Notes: generated by a model from the letters alone, not told the origin. A stretch of 23,243 nucleotides of DNA from an uncultured virus (IMG/VR IMGVR_UViG_2671180823_000007) (IMGVR_UViG_2671180823_000007); one strand, 5' to 3'; positions 8,584-16,439 are shown, numbered from the stretch's first letter. Program-made: numbers and translations.

Positions 8584-8722
8584 GATGATGCGGGCGTGTG
8601 TGTGCTGACCGGGGGTAAGCGCTCTACCGACTGAGCTACAACCACTTTCGCGGCTGACGGGACTCGAACCCGCGACCTCTCCATTAGAAGTGGTAACCGA
8701 CCTGCGTCCTGCTCGCATCATC
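8584..8722 (-). ncRNA. YrlA-like Y RNA unit 4 (139 nt; permuted T-arm, acceptor, D-arm)
   Basis: GAGGUC-GCGGG-UUCGAGU-CCCGU T-arm; 7-bp CAGCCGC-GAAA-GUGGUUG acceptor-like hairpin; D-arm UAGCUCAGUCGGUAGAGCG; closing stem GAUGAUGCG/CGCAUCAUC. Confidence 0.9.
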
Positions 8723-8740
8723 AATGTGAAGTTGTATCCG

Positions 8741-8915
8741 GGATGGCGTGGGCGTGTGAGGTGCTTACCGGCGTTGATCTTGGATCAATGCATTCGGCCG
8801 CTCTGCCACGTTCCGCCCGATGAAAGCCCGAAGCTCTTTCAAGCAGCCCGGCGGGATTCGAACCCGCGATCTGATGATTTTCAGATAACCGACTCGCGTC
8901 CTGCTCACGCCATCC
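8741..8915 (-). ncRNA. YrlA-like Y RNA unit 5 (175 nt; class II tRNA-like)
   Basis: T-arm GCGGG-UUCGAAU-CCCGC; D-arm UGGCAGAGCGGCCGAAUGCA; extended stem capped by cUUCGg; closing stem GGAUGGCGUG/CACGCCAUCC. Confidence 0.85.
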
Positions 8916-8939
8916 ATGTTTTTGTTGACTACGCCAAGA

Positions 8940-8970
8940 ACTATACCTCAGTAATGCCTGTTCAGGGCAT
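8940..8970 (-). promoter_or_regulatory. Putative promoter (-10 TATAGT) with inverted repeat, upstream of the Y RNA array
   Basis: Minus-strand TATAGT at 8945-8940, about 25 nt before unit 5; ATGCC-N7-GGCAT at 8954-8970; A-tract upstream; no clear -35. Confidence 0.5.
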
Positions 8971-9069
8971 ATTTTTTGAGGAAATGTTGATTCGCTGGAA
9001 GGTGACTCCCGTACCGGGGAAAGTATGCCGTCGAGGCCCTCGACCTGGCTACCGAATATCGGTGCCAGC

Positions 9070-9819
9070 TCAGTGAGGTACTTCGTCTAGGCCGTTCTCG
9101 CGGAGGGTCGCGGTGACCGCCTCCACGACGCGCGTAGCGGGCCAGTCGTCGGGCGCGGAGATCAGGGTGCCCCCGGCCAGCTCGGTCTTTGTGAGAAGGT
9201 CAACGAGATGGTCAATCTCGCCGACTTCCTTGCTGATCCAGGTGCGGTATCCGGCACCGATCTTCCAATTGTTGCGCCGAGCAAGGCGCATTGCCGCAAG
9301 ATCAGTGAGGGTGAAAGTGGCGGGCTGCCAGGTTGAAGCCACAGCGGCGCACACCTTGTCGCCAACCTCGCTAGAGACGCCGCCCGGCGCGGTCTCGGTC
9401 AGGTCGATGTGGAGGTTGTGCGCCGGCAGTCTCCCGCCGAGACCGATAGACCCCGCACCGATGAAGACCTTGGCAGTGATGGCAGGACCGACGCCCTTCA
9501 GGACGATCGAGTACCCCTCCCTGGGGAGAGCATCGCCGCTGGCGCCGTCAGGGAGTGCTTCGCGCACCGGGCAGCTCCGAACGATGTCGGCCAATGCCTC
9601 GCTGGGCCCAGCCCAAGTCTCCCAGTGGTGCCCCTTCGGGATGTCCCACTGCGCGATTCCCAGATCCGTTCCTAGCTGCGTCAGCAGCGCATCGGTGCGC
9701 GCCGCGATCCATTCGGGTGATTCGCCGGTCGCGACCCAGAACGCGTTCACGAACGACTCTCTCGCCCAGACGGGAGACGCGTTGGTTGGCCCGTTCACAG
9801 CATCGAATTCTACGGTCAT
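9070..9819 (-). CDS. Immunity protein of the polymorphic toxin (Imm52-like)
   Basis: ATGA-coupled to the toxin stop; WKIGAGYRTWI...TELAGGTLI C-terminal pattern resembles REase-toxin immunity proteins. Confidence 0.75.
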   Translation of the reverse strand: MTVEFDAVNGPTNASPVWARESFVNAFWVATGESPEWIAARTDALLTQLGTDLGIAQWDIPKGHHWETWAGPSEALADIVRSCPVREALPDGASGDALPREGYSIVLKGVGPAITAKVFIGAGSIGLGGRLPAHNLHIDLTETAPGGVSSEVGDKVCAAVASTWQPATFTLTDLAAMRLARRNNWKIGAGYRTWISKEVGEIDHLVDLLTKTELAGGTLISAPDDWPATRVVEAVTATLRENGLDEVPH

Positions 9820-11723
9820 GGCTTCTCCGGGGTGTAGATCACGTCAACGTCGAGACCGCGGCCCTCTAGCAGATTCCGAATTATCGCTGCGCTCTGTGGG
9901 TTAGCGACGTGCCACTCAAGGCCAGTCTCAGGGGGCAGGACGCGTATCTGTCGCTGAGCCTCTCTGACGAGCTCGTTCTGGATGTTCTCAGTCCACGGCG
10001 CATCTGGACTCTTGATCAGGGGCGTGTAGTTGTGCTTTGCGTCTAGGAACACCTGCTGATTGCCCCGTTCGATGGGTCCGCTGTCGAATCTGACCACCTC
10101 GCCGGTCTCGGGGTTGGTCATGACGTACTCGGGGATGCGTCCGTCAGGTGTTCGTTCGATACCCGTGATCTGCTCCTGGAAGCCCATCCAGGGCTTGTCG
10201 GGACCACGGTTGACATGCTCCCAACCTGGCGTGGGGTCACCCTTGGTCCAGGTTGCCTCTGGGGTGTGGGGCGGCCACCCACCCGGATGGTGCGGATCGC
10301 CCGACGTGTAGTGCTGCCCCACGCTGGGGTCGAACTGATCGGGTGTCGGTAGTTGGTGCTGGGTTGGGGGTGGGGAGTGGTCGGCGACCGTGGGCGGTGG
10401 ATGGTCTACAACCGGCGCGGGGTGGGTTGCGTCACTCGGGTCTGCGGTGTGCGCTGCGGGTGCTGGTGTGTCATGGAGTGCGCCGGGGCTCGGAAGGTCC
10501 GGGTGCGCGCCCAGGCGTGCAGCGGCGGCTTCTTCGAGTCCAGCGCGTGGCAACAGGCCTTCGGGACCGCCTGCCATTAGCGCCCCGCCATCGACCAGTT
10601 TTTCCCCGAAGTATTGGCCGGGGTTTTCGATGTTGTGCTTGATGCCTTCGGCGATATCGGCGCCCGGCGGGGTGGTCATGTGGTGCTTAAAGGACTCCCA
10701 TTCTCGCCTACCGGCCTCTTCATTGGCCTCCCAAAAACCCTTGTCCCCCAACCCAAGACGGTCCCGCAGATCCGTGAACGGCGCAACCAACTTATCGACG
10801 CCCTTGTCAATGCCCTCGGAAATATCCGTCTTGAAACGCTCGGCAGCCGATGGTTTGTGCTCCTCCGGTGGCTTGTCGTTGCGATTCAGGTAGGTGACGC
10901 TTTCGCCCAGGCCACCCACCTTGGTCTTGTCGATAGTGTCCTTAGCGAACGGGCCGTACTGCGGGGCATTCGGATCGGCAGCAGCGGTGGCAGCGGTCGG
11001 GGTTGTCGCGGGATTCTTGATGTGCTCCAGCTTGTCGCCGAGCGTCCCGGCACCAGGATCGATGGAGGCCGGATCGGTGGCCTTGGGGTACCAGTCCTTG
11101 TAGAAGTTCGCGGGCTGGGCGCTCGGGTCGCCGGGCTTCGGGGTCGCGGCGTCGCGCAGGGCCTTGCGCCCGTCCACAAGCGCCGTTTTGGGGTTGATGC
11201 AGCCGGTGATCGTTTGGGCGGTGGCGTCGGCCTGGGTTTTGAGGGTTTGACAGCCCTTCTCCCACTTGGCGACATACTCTTCGATCTGCCGTTGGATGTC
11301 GGCGACGTGGGCGCGGTTTCGGGCTATCGAGTCATCGCTTTCACCCTCGGCGGGGTGGTAGTCCATCTTGTAGTCCTGAGCGATGGAGACGCCCTGGTCC
11401 TTGTGCGCCAGCACGCTCTCGATGAGGCGTTGGCCGTTGACCAGGGGATCGACCACCTCGTATTGGATGGTGGCGGCAACGAGTTTTCCGCCGTCTTCGG
11501 CGGTGTCGTGGGTGTTATCCGAGCCGTGGCAATCAGTGGATGCAGTGTCATAGGCGGCGTTCGAGGTGCGCCCGGTCCATTCGGTGCCATCGGGAGCCCC
11601 GACCCACCGTTTGTATTCGTCGTAGATTTCCTTGAACTGCCGGGTCTGTGGAAGCCAGGTATCCACCACCGCCATATAGTCATTGGCCTTCTTGGCCATG
11701 AACTCATCCAGTGGCGTCACCAC
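9816..11723 (-). CDS. Type VII-secreted polymorphic toxin with C-terminal Tox-REase-5 nuclease domain
   Basis: N-terminal helical region with EWTG motif; Pro/His-rich linker; C-terminal FQEQITG...VRFDS...FLDAKHNY...EAQRQ...LEWHV; start set at GTG 11723 after AGGGG. Confidence 0.85.
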   Translation of the reverse strand: MVTPLDEFMAKKANDYMAVVDTWLPQTRQFKEIYDEYKRWVGAPDGTEWTGRTSNAAYDTASTDCHGSDNTHDTAEDGGKLVAATIQYEVVDPLVNGQRLIESVLAHKDQGVSIAQDYKMDYHPAEGESDDSIARNRAHVADIQRQIEEYVAKWEKGCQTLKTQADATAQTITGCINPKTALVDGRKALRDAATPKPGDPSAQPANFYKDWYPKATDPASIDPGAGTLGDKLEHIKNPATTPTAATAAADPNAPQYGPFAKDTIDKTKVGGLGESVTYLNRNDKPPEEHKPSAAERFKTDISEGIDKGVDKLVAPFTDLRDRLGLGDKGFWEANEEAGRREWESFKHHMTTPPGADIAEGIKHNIENPGQYFGEKLVDGGALMAGGPEGLLPRAGLEEAAAARLGAHPDLPSPGALHDTPAPAAHTADPSDATHPAPVVDHPPPTVADHSPPPTQHQLPTPDQFDPSVGQHYTSGDPHHPGGWPPHTPEATWTKGDPTPGWEHVNRGPDKPWMGFQEQITGIERTPDGRIPEYVMTNPETGEVVRFDSGPIERGNQQVFLDAKHNYTPLIKSPDAPWTENIQNELVREAQRQIRVLPPETGLEWHVANPQSAAIIRNLLEGRGLDVDVIYTPEKP

Positions 11724-11733
11724 GCGCGTGCCC

Positions 11734-12054
11734 CTATGCCCGCTTCGGTGGCTGATAGATGCTGGGCAGATTGCCGTACCCGGCCGCCAGTGAACTCTCC
11801 GTGATCTTGAAAGCTTGCTGGGCCTCATCAGCGAAATCAGCGATCGTATTCAACCGCGCTGCCCCGATCCGCTTCACATCCGCGATGGCCTTGGACACTC
11901 CATACAGCGCCGCCAAACCTGGATCAGCACCAGCCGGTGGCGAGACACTGGCCGCCGTGCTCTGCGTCAGCTGACCGGCGAGCGTCCTCAGATGCGGACC
12001 GAGCTTCCCCAAGGCCGCAAGATCAAACTTGAGAACGTTCTCATCGCCCGACAT
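11734..12054 (-). CDS. WXG100/ESX-like small secretion partner
   Basis: 106-aa helical protein (LKFDLAALGKLG...AQQAFKITESSLA) just upstream of the toxin; GAAGGGGG RBS. Confidence 0.7.
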   Translation of the reverse strand: MSGDENVLKFDLAALGKLGPHLRTLAGQLTQSTAASVSPPAGADPGLAALYGVSKAIADVKRIGAARLNTIADFADEAQQAFKITESSLAAGYGNLPSIYQPPKRA

Positions 12055-12148
12055 GACACCCCCTTCGGCAACCAACTGTGTGATTGCCAGCACACTACAG
12101 GAGCAGTAGTGGGTTCCGCAGGGGGAGTTGCCAGGGGTGCGGTGTTCG

Positions 12149-12670
12149 CTAGTCGAACAAGGCCAGCTGGCCTACGGGTTCCTCATCGAACTGGAACGCC
12201 CGACGAACAAGCACCTTCTCCAGGTCGAGTATGCGCCAGTGCTCGGCGCGGGCGGTGTCGTCCTCGGCGGCGGTGGGGTGGTAGCGCTTGCATGGCTCCG
12301 AGTGCTCGTGGCGTGCCTCGTGCTGCCAAGGGCAGTGGCACCAGCCATACTGCGTGAGGTTGAGCGCGTGGCTGTCTTTGCGGCATCGCTCGATCTCGGC
12401 GCGGAGGTCCGCCGGCAGGGCGAGGCCGTACGCGGTGATCCGGGTGACCTTGATCGACAGGATGGGCGTTCCGAACGCCGGGCAGTGGACCTTTCCGCCG
12501 TTGGTGCTGAACCCGCCCCGGAGCCATTCGGGGCCGCCTTCAACGTGGCGCAGCGTGCCGCCCCAGTGGCTCTGGGCTAGGTAGTCTGCGCCTGCCTTGC
12601 TGAGGAGTGCGTCGAGGATCATCCAGCCGCCCATCGCGAACAGGAGCCAGCGTTCTTCTTCGGTCAGCAC
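12149..12670 (-). CDS. Hypothetical phage protein
   Basis: 173-aa ORF ending GQLALFD; Cys/His cluster WCHCPW...PCKRYHP. Confidence 0.7.
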   Translation of the reverse strand: MLTEEERWLLFAMGGWMILDALLSKAGADYLAQSHWGGTLRHVEGGPEWLRGGFSTNGGKVHCPAFGTPILSIKVTRITAYGLALPADLRAEIERCRKDSHALNLTQYGWCHCPWQHEARHEHSEPCKRYHPTAAEDDTARAEHWRILDLEKVLVRRAFQFDEEPVGQLALFD

Positions 12671-13035
12671 GGCGGGTCGTTCTCGCGGTGGTATCGGGCC
12701 CAGGCCAGTTTCCGCCGGGATTCGAGGTGGTGTTTCTCGGCGGCGCGGCGGGCCGCGCGTAGGTCGTGGCCTCGGTATAGCTCCGAGGGCACGATGATGA
12801 CACCGGGTTCGGTTGGGTGGTCGTATTCTGCGATCCAGTGTCGTTCAACAACATTCCGGGGCTCGTACCTACCGTCAATCAGATTGCCCAACATATGAAC
12901 TGTGTACTCCCTGAAGTGCAGCCGGAGGCGGTACCTCCCCTCGCTGGCATCGCGGTGGGGCGCGAACCAGCTGACCCCCTTGTCCCAGCGGTCGTATTGG
13001 CCGCGTTGCCAATCCAGGCTTCCGTCGATCATCAC
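12664..13035 (-). CDS. Hypothetical phage protein
   Basis: Start at GTG 13035/ATG 13032 overlaps the upstream stop. Confidence 0.6.
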   Translation of the reverse strand: MMIDGSLDWQRGQYDRWDKGVSWFAPHRDASEGRYRLRLHFREYTVHMLGNLIDGRYEPRNVVERHWIAEYDHPTEPGVIIVPSELYRGHDLRAARRAAEKHHLESRRKLAWARYHRENDPPC

Positions 13036-13793
13036 GGAACCCTCACGGGCTGCATACCGGGGATTGCCATGCGGATGAGCCTGCCTGGGCTCGCCTCGAA
13101 TCCGTTGAGCGTGAACGTAAGCATCTGCCACTCATCCCAACGGGCCATCTGGAGCCAGCCTTTCGCCGGTACAAGCTCCAGGGGCACGCGCTGCACATAG
13201 GGGCCGACATGGAGTAGGGCTTCCACGGGGATAACGATCCGCCGTTCGTGCACCGATCCTGATCTCCGCTCGGTGATCCGGACGCAAGCGAGGTCTCTCC
13301 ACTGGTCGTACACACTGGATATCTCTACCTCGATGGTGGGGACCACCGGCTCAGCCTCGGGCACTTCTTCCGTCACGCTCCAGCGGACCATTGGCACCGC
13401 CGCCATCAGCGCCAGTCGATGTATCGGGCGCTCAATCAGAGCGGCGATTTCCTCTTGAGTGGGTTCCGGTGGGACCACGTCAACATCGGGAACCACGTCA
13501 ACTTGGAACATCGTGGGCGCTGATGTCTGGTACATCCCGATCCCCTGTTGGTTTCGGCGCTGACCGTAGGACGGGTTGCCCGTGTTCCGGTAGGCCGTCT
13601 TCTGCTCGGGTGTTCCGTATGGTCCGGGGCAGCCGCCCAATGCGAGGCCGTGCCATTCGCGGCCGCACACCGCGCACTTGTCCTGGTTGACGTTGTAGTC
13701 GTATCCGCTTCGCTGGCTGTAGCCGGACAGCTGCTCATCAACCAGATCGCCGATAGCGTCGATCACGTCTTGCTCTGGGTTGCGGGTGTTCAA
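13032..13793 (-). CDS. Hypothetical protein with CxxC-x3-HG-Cys motif
   Basis: TTG start after AAGGAG, overlapping the upstream TGA; DVIDAIGDLVDEQL...CAVCGREWHGL. Confidence 0.7.
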   Translation of the reverse strand: MNTRNPEQDVIDAIGDLVDEQLSGYSQRSGYDYNVNQDKCAVCGREWHGLALGGCPGPYGTPEQKTAYRNTGNPSYGQRRNQQGIGMYQTSAPTMFQVDVVPDVDVVPPEPTQEEIAALIERPIHRLALMAAVPMVRWSVTEEVPEAEPVVPTIEVEISSVYDQWRDLACVRITERRSGSVHERRIVIPVEALLHVGPYVQRVPLELVPAKGWLQMARWDEWQMLTFTLNGFEASPGRLIRMAIPGMQPVRVP

Positions 13794-14212
13794 CGGGATC
13801 TCCTTGCGCGGCGGCGCTTTTTGTATTCGAGTACGTCTCCCCACCGGAAGCGGGGGCCGTCTGGGGTGTCGATGGCTCGGACACCGTCGAGGCCTTGCTT
13901 GGCGCGGCTGTTCCACATACGCACGGCGGCGGGTGAGACATAGGCGTGAGCGGCCACTTCGGACGTGGTAAGTAGGTCGTCCTCGGCGGGCGGGGCAAGC
14001 TGAGGCACCACCCACAGCTGGTTGCCTTGGCTGTCGTCCTGCCAGTAGCGGTCGAGGTCGGCGACCGCCTCAAGCGCGCGGTGGTCGGGTGGTAGATGCT
14101 CGGCGAGCACCTCAGTGAGTTGTTCGGCGAGGCGCCGATACGAGAGGGCGACGCGCCGGGTCAGCTCTACCGGTGAGTCCCCCCGGTACCGGTGGACGTT
14201 CGGGTTGGTCAA
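13790..14212 (-). CDS. HTH DNA-binding protein (excisionase/MerR-like HTH at C-terminus)
   Basis: LLTTSEVAAHAYVSPAAVRMWNSR...PRFRWGDVLEY. Confidence 0.7.
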   Translation of the reverse strand: MTNPNVHRYRGDSPVELTRRVALSYRRLAEQLTEVLAEHLPPDHRALEAVADLDRYWQDDSQGNQLWVVPQLAPPAEDDLLTTSEVAAHAYVSPAAVRMWNSRAKQGLDGVRAIDTPDGPRFRWGDVLEYKKRRRARRSR

Positions 14213-14406
14213 CGGGATTCCGCCACCTTCGGCTCAACGAGCGCGGATTCCAGTGCTGGAGTGGCCGGTACAGCTTGCCCCTCGATGTCGTAGGGCATTC
14301 CGAAGTTGAGCTCCAACACGCCTTCAATCATCTTGGCACTCTTGAGTTTTGCTGTCACCCAGCGTCCCGTCTCCGGGTCATGGAAGCTGAGGCTTTCGAT
14401 GCTCAC
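14209..14406 (-). CDS. Small hypothetical protein
   Basis: 65 aa; 4-nt overlaps with both neighbours. Confidence 0.6.
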   Translation of the reverse strand: MSIESLSFHDPETGRWVTAKLKSAKMIEGVLELNFGMPYDIEGQAVPATPALESALVEPKVAESR

Positions 14407-15404
14407 TTCTTGGGGCCTTTCACTGTTTGGCGTTCCTTCGGGGTTTGGTGTGGGATTAGGCCGTTGTTGAGGACACTCTGGATGCTTTCCGCGACGACGC
14501 GGCCCGCGCCGGGCAGATCGACAGCCGGGTCGCTCTCTGCCTTCTTGACGAGGGCAGATATCTCATCAAGCCTCGAATATGCCTCGGCGAGAAGGAATTT
14601 CAACAAGTCTGTCTCCTCTTGTTCTTTGATCAGGTCAATTACTAGTCCTTGGAGCCACTGGTACTCGCGCTCAGGCCAGCGGGCACCGCATGTGGTGCAG
14701 TCGTATTCGGCGGTGCCGTCCCAGCGGCCAACGGTGTAGGCGCCGCATTGCTCGCCTTTGTGATTGACCGCCGGGCACGGCATAGGGTCTGAGTGCCGGA
14801 GCGCGGCGCGGCCAAGTTCCTGGTAGACGAGCCTGGATGCGTGAACGATCTGCGTCGCGATGTCCACGCCGTCGAAGGATTGGAGTTCCCGTGGTTGTCC
14901 GTTCTGGGGGTGCCAGCCTTCATCGCCGTCAGGTATTCGGCCCCACACGAGCATGTCCTGCTCTTTTTGGGCCAGCAGCACATCGAGATTGGGCTCCAGG
15001 ATTTTCACGGCGTGCACGACGGTCGCCTTGTCGTGGGCGGGGAATCCTCTCCGGCCGTGCCGCTGCCGGCCGTTGATGTTCATCGCGGTTTCGACCATCT
15101 CGGCGGCGCGGTCGGCGAGGTCAACGATGTGGGCCTGGAGGGCTTCGCGGTGCTCGTTGATGACGAGGGCGTGTTCGTGGGTGCCGGATACCTTGGCGCC
15201 TCCGGCGATGAACCTCTCCCCCATCCCGTGGTGGAGCCGTTCCCAGTCGGCGGGCATGCCTTTCACCGCGTAGCGGAGTTTTGTGAGGCACCCGTCGCAG
15301 ACCACGCCGTCTGCGATTTGCGCGCCGACATGCTCGTCATCGAGGAGTTCGCGGCGGGTGCAGCGGGCCTCGAAAGCGCAGCGGTACGGGTCGCGTTGTG
15401 TCAC
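14403..15404 (-). CDS. Zinc-ribbon-containing phage protein
   Basis: 333 aa; CDGC, PCP...CG and CTTCGARW motifs. Confidence 0.7.
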   Translation of the reverse strand: MTQRDPYRCAFEARCTRRELLDDEHVGAQIADGVVCDGCLTKLRYAVKGMPADWERLHHGMGERFIAGGAKVSGTHEHALVINEHREALQAHIVDLADRAAEMVETAMNINGRQRHGRRGFPAHDKATVVHAVKILEPNLDVLLAQKEQDMLVWGRIPDGDEGWHPQNGQPRELQSFDGVDIATQIVHASRLVYQELGRAALRHSDPMPCPAVNHKGEQCGAYTVGRWDGTAEYDCTTCGARWPEREYQWLQGLVIDLIKEQEETDLLKFLLAEAYSRLDEISALVKKAESDPAVDLPGAGRVVAESIQSVLNNGLIPHQTPKERQTVKGPKK

Positions 15405-15781
15405 TCGGGGTCTCCGTTCGCAAGTTCAAGGAGGACATCGGCATGGCAGGGTTGGTCGAGCGGGCAGTAGCAGCACAGGTCGTGTCCGCGTAGCAGCGGG
15501 ACTAGGTCCTCTACGCGCTTCATCGAGCCGAGAAGCCAGCGACGGTAAAGCCGCACCGCGTAGGCGGCTGCCCATTCACGTGTCCCGGTGCCCTGGAAAA
15601 ACGTTCCGGGACCCTCGACGGTCCAGACCCGTTCGCGGCGTCGGCTGAATAGGCCGGGCTCTGTTCCGGCGGATATGACCTTGAACGGGTTGCCCCAGCG
15701 TCCGGGCCGGGTGACGCAGATGGCGCCCTCTGGTTTGCGCCAGCCCTTGACTCGTTTCCGCTGGATACGTTGTGGGCTCAT
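15401..15781 (-). CDS. DUF4326 domain protein
   Basis: PQRIQRKR-KGWR-PEGAI-V-RP-RWGNPF and LRGHDLCCYCPLDQPCHADVLLELAN. Confidence 0.88.
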   Translation of the reverse strand: MSPQRIQRKRVKGWRKPEGAICVTRPGRWGNPFKVISAGTEPGLFSRRRERVWTVEGPGTFFQGTGTREWAAAYAVRLYRRWLLGSMKRVEDLVPLLRGHDLCCYCPLDQPCHADVLLELANGDPE

Positions 15782-16002
15782 TTACTCACCCCGAGGTAGT
15801 CGGCGAGCACCTTATGCACGAGCGCGAGCGCCCCGTCGCGGTGGTAGTGATCGACCCTCCCCGATGCCGGTTCCGCTCGGTCGCTGCTAGTCACGGAGTA
15901 TTCGTAGCCTCGGGTGTCCGTGTAATCGCTCCACTCAACGCAATTGACTTCCACGTGACCGACTAGTAGCCCGTTTACCGTGAGATCGACTGAAAGGCTC
16001 AC
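15778..16002 (-). CDS. Small hypothetical protein
   Basis: GTG 16002 after GGAGG, overlaps the upstream stop; HYHRDGALALVHKVL. Confidence 0.65.
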   Translation of the reverse strand: MSLSVDLTVNGLLVGHVEVNCVEWSDYTDTRGYEYSVTSSDRAEPASGRVDHYHRDGALALVHKVLADYLGVSK

Positions 16003-16439
16003 GTGGCCTCCTGTTCCCATGAATTAGCACAGGTGATGCAGGTGCGAAGGAGATACCGGCGCACCGGGTATCCGCCCCAGCCCCAGCCGGTGTCGCAGAA
16101 TCTTTCGAGTTCGGGCACCTCGATGAGGTGGACTGTTTCCGTCGCGCAGGCGGGGCAGGTGTCAAACGAGTTGAACACCATCGGGATTCGATATGGACGC
16201 GTCTTTCTTATGAACCATCCGCTGTCACCCTCACGAGCACCAGGGGGCCAAACTCCAACATCGACCCAAGCGGGCCTCTCTATGGTGATGCCTGGTAGCT
16301 CTATCCGATCTCCGGGGTGGAGGGTGTCGATCAGGACGAGAGTCGGTAGTTCATCCTTCTGATAGAAGAGGTTGAAAGATATAGGCCACCGTTTCCCGTT
16401 GCGTTCCAGCCAGATTGAATCCGGGGTGTGGGCGATCAT
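15999..16439 (-). CDS. Hypothetical protein with C-terminal zinc ribbon
   Basis: CPAC...CITC; coupled at both ends. Confidence 0.6.
   Translation of the reverse strand: MIAHTPDSIWLERNGKRWPISFNLFYQKDELPTLVLIDTLHPGDRIELPGITIERPAWVDVGVWPPGAREGDSGWFIRKTRPYRIPMVFNSFDTCPACATETVHLIEVPELERFCDTGWGWGGYPVRRYLLRTCITCANSWEQEAT

Noticed and set aside
8171..8915. CRISPR array
   Set aside because: The conserved parts are two motifs that pair around structured tRNA-like interiors of very unequal length, and there are no cas genes in the window
8265..8915. Cluster of canonical tRNA genes
   Set aside because: T-arm precedes D-arm, acceptor stems are closed by loops, and there is no CCA or 7-nt anticodon loop
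8165..9076. ORFs 8165..8350, 8460..8684 and 8690..9076 as proteins
   Set aside because: They overlap the structured RNA units and their similarity to each other simply reflects the RNA motifs
10614..11804. 396-aa plus-strand ORF and other long antisense ORFs
   Set aside because: Shadow frames of high-GC minus-strand genes with no recognisable motifs
11724..11828. N-terminal extension of the toxin in the ORF track (start 11828)
   Set aside because: It overlaps the WXG100-like gene; an RBS and GTG at 11723 fit better
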